Positions 61,031-64,000 of a stretch of DNA of 64,000 bases are shown here, piece by piece (position 1 is the stretch's first letter; each line of letters opens with the position of its first letter). The stretch lies in NCBI RefSeq assembly GCF_009914755.1, contig NC_060940.1; one strand, written 5' to 3'. The position numbers and the translations under genes are program-made. The stretch is from the human T2T-CHM13v2.0 reference genome, Homo sapiens. Under the pieces are notes generated by a model. The model did not search any database. It saw nothing but the letters and a program-made list of their open reading frames with translations, and was not told the origin of the DNA.

Positions 61031-62550
61031 TTATTAGTTTTTATTAGTAACAGTAGGGCACTGCCAATTATGAGTGTCCAAAGGTATCCAGGGCTGCCTG
61101 GAGAAAGTAGCACTAAAACCTCATCCTCGACTTTGATAGAAGATTGCACATACCCCCAAGGGTTAGGACCAAGTCTCATTCATCTCTACTTTTTCTGGTG
61201 CTTTGCACAGTGCAGGGCACTGAATACATTTTGGGGGTGGAATGAACACTGATCTATGGGGCAGGTAGGAATGAGCCTGGGATGCTGGCAGGTTGGAACC
61301 CCATGCTTAGAAGTTCAAGGAACCCAAGTTCAAACACCATCTCGGCAACTTGTTAGTTGTGTGATGTTAAGCAGGTTAGTTAATGTCACCAAACCTCGAT
61401 ACTCTCAACTGTAAGTAGTGAAGAAAAATAATACGTATGTTTTAAGGCTGGGGGGTTGGAGGCAGGGAAATGGGGCAGTGTATATAGCAGAGTGTCATAC
61501 AGTTTATACAAAATGATAGCACCGGCCAATAGCAGTGTTGAAGGAATATTAGCCTGGTTGCATTGGCAGGGTGGTCTGTAAAGCAATGTTCTCCCCTTGC
61601 CTCAATGCTCCTGCCCCAGGTGCCAGAGAGCTAGGGCTGGATATGCCTTCTGCATTTAAATAAACTTCAGCCTAAGAGTTAAATTTAGCCAAATACATTC
61701 TTTTTTAAAATTTCGATCATGCATTTATTTCTTTTTGGTTTATTAGAGCCTGTTTTCACCCAGACTCTACAAATTTTGCTCTTGAAAAATTAAAAAATTC
61801 CCCCTACGTTTCACTTCTGCGTTGAGACAGAAATCATGAACAGGTGGGTCACCTGTTTCTGAGTGTCAGTGAGTGGTACGCTGAACACCCTCCCAGCCCA
61901 CTAGGAATCCCAGAGTCTCTCCAATAAGCATTTGCAAGTGCAAGGATTCCACGTGGAGGTCAGAGGAGCCAGGACCTTGAACGTCCCTGGAGCCCCACCC
62001 ACAGCATGCGAGGTCACAGACAGACAGGCATCACCTGTACCTCTTTCCCCAGTGCAAGAGAAAGAAACAGCCTCTGATCAGACCACAGGCATAGGCAGGT
62101 GACAAACCCCGCCAGGAGCCCAGCTGTGCTTCTGCTGAAATCCGCAGGCTTCCAGGCTAATCATCTACCCAATGCATCAGCAGAGGGAGCTCTAGGTAGT
62201 AAATAACATTCCTCTGACTGCAGAGTTTCCTGTAAAAAAAATCTGGAGACAGCAAAGGAAAGCGAGGTCCTATGTGGAGAGGGCACCTACCATGTGTGCA
62301 GAAGAAAATCACACCAATTTGCAAGAGTAGGGTGTTGGGGCAGGAGTGGGAGATGGGAAAGAGAGAAGAAAATCAGAAAGCACCACATTGCTTAAGAGAT
62401 GATCTGAATTTGTTTTGTCTCAGCACTTTGACCTTCTAAGGACTCACAGCCTCTATGCTACCCTTGCAAGGCTCTGATGTTTGAAAAGGGGACGCAGTCC
62501 AAGTCTCAGACTACACTGGCAGACATTTTTTTTCTTTAAATGTTGATTGT

Positions 62551-62823
62551 GGGCTGGGCGTGGTGGCTCATGCCTTGTAATTTCAGCAGTTTGGGAGGCC
62601 GAGGCAGGTGGATCGCTTGAGGCCAGGAGTTTGAGACCAGCCTGGCCAACATGACGAAACCCCATCTCTACTAAAATGACAAAAATTAGCCGGGGATGAT
62701 GGTGCATGCCTGTAGTCCCAGATACTTGGAAGGTGGTGGTCACAATGAGCCAAGATTGTGCCACTGCACTCCAGCCTGGGCGACAAAGCAAGACTCCATC
62801 TTAAAAAAAAAAAAAAAAAAAAA
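62551..62823 (+). mobile_element. Alu with internal deletion
   Basis: Alu consensus with a shortened right arm and A tail. Confidence 0.92.
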
Positions 62824-63196
62824 GTTGATTATATGTGTTATGGGTGCCTAATCTAACCCCTGGGGCCATAGGCTTATTTATGACTGTGGCAATGACAAGG
62901 ATGACAATGATGACGATGACGGCAATAAGAGCGAACATTTATTGAGCACTTACTAGGTGCCAAGCCGTATATTGAGGACTTCAACAAATCATATTCACCA
63001 AATATTTGTTGAGAATTGATTCAATACTTAGGACAGTGTTCATGCCAGGGATTCATGGGAATTCATCCACGGATAAGACACAGAAAGTCCCTCCTGTCAT
63101 CAAGCTTGCATTCTAAGGAGGCAGACAGGTCAAGACAAACAAATATATAAACAAGTAATATCAGAGAGTGATAAGTGCTATGAAAAAAATAAAAAG

Positions 63197-63510
63197 AGGC
63201 TGAGCATGGTGGCTCACGCCTATAATCCCAGCACTTTGGGAGGCTGAGGCGAGGCGGGAGGATTGCTTGAGTCCAGGACTTTGAGACCAGCTTGGGCAAC
63301 ATAGCCAGACCTCTTTTCTACAAAGAAAAATAATTTAAAAATTAGGGGTGGTAGTGCTCACCTGTAGTCCTAGCTACTTGATTCTTTGTGCCCAGAAGTT
63401 CAAGACTACAGTGAGCTAGATTGCACCACTGCACTCCAGCCTGGGTGTCAGATAAAGACCCTGTCTCAAAAAAAAAAAAAAAAAAAAAAAAGAAAGAAAG
63501 AAAAAGAAAA
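63197..63510 (+). mobile_element. Alu (J-type) within an L2 fragment
   Basis: Alu consensus with A/(GAAA) tail. Confidence 0.9.
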
Positions 63511-64000
63511 GGAAGCTGACTTGCTAGAGTGACTAAAATAGGACAAGGGGAAACAGGCTGGTCAGGGCAGACCTTACCCAGACAATGACACTGGAGTGTT
63601 GATAACCTTCTCAAGAAATGTGACTGTTTAACAACTCTTACTCCATTTATGCATCAAGCATCATCTACTGACTGAACAAATAACTGTAGATCCATTTTTC
63701 AAATGTGTGATATATAAATGATGCTAAATTCATTGTCATTCTTTGGGCATTTTGGATTTTCTTAAAGTGATTAGTAATAACTATTTGCATGGTCATGATG
63801 GGAGCTATGGAATGGGTTAGGAAAAAGTTCACCAAAAAAGAAAAGAGTTAAAAATATCCATCTCACCAAAGAAGAATTGAGAGCAACTAATGTATTAGAT
63901 CTCAAATATTTTTGGTCCAAATACTTTTTTAATTTCTTAACTTTACCCTCCTCACCCCTCTCAAAGGTTCTGTATGCCACAGATGTTTCTATTTAGCCCC

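Overview
Primate (very probably human, chr16) genomic DNA, not microbial. It holds the 5' end of XYLT1 (xylosyltransferase I) on the minus strand: coding exon 1 at 55798..55436 (121 codons, GT donor at 55435), a CpG-island promoter, and the compound GGC repeat known from Baratela-Scott syndrome. Positions 1..55435 are part of the very long intron 1 and about 56.3-64 kb is upstream flank. Both are dense in Alu, L1, L2, MIR, MaLR/ERVL LTRs and hAT/Tc-mariner fossils, and almost all ORF-track entries are repeat-derived or chance. No new multi-gene system is supported. The best leads are: (1) stop-free, ATG-less reading frames through the GGC repeat, namely a polyGly frame continuous with XYLT1 from a CTG and an overlapping polyAla frame from a strong-context GTG; (2) a sense-strand, in-frame 45-nt cryptic exon followed by a UG tract, resembling TDP-43-repressed exons; (3) a candidate recursive-splice site or 3-nt microexon; (4) a pre-miRNA-sized Alu fold-back; (5) two local tandem duplications. 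Repeat boundaries and subfamily names were judged by eye and are approximate.
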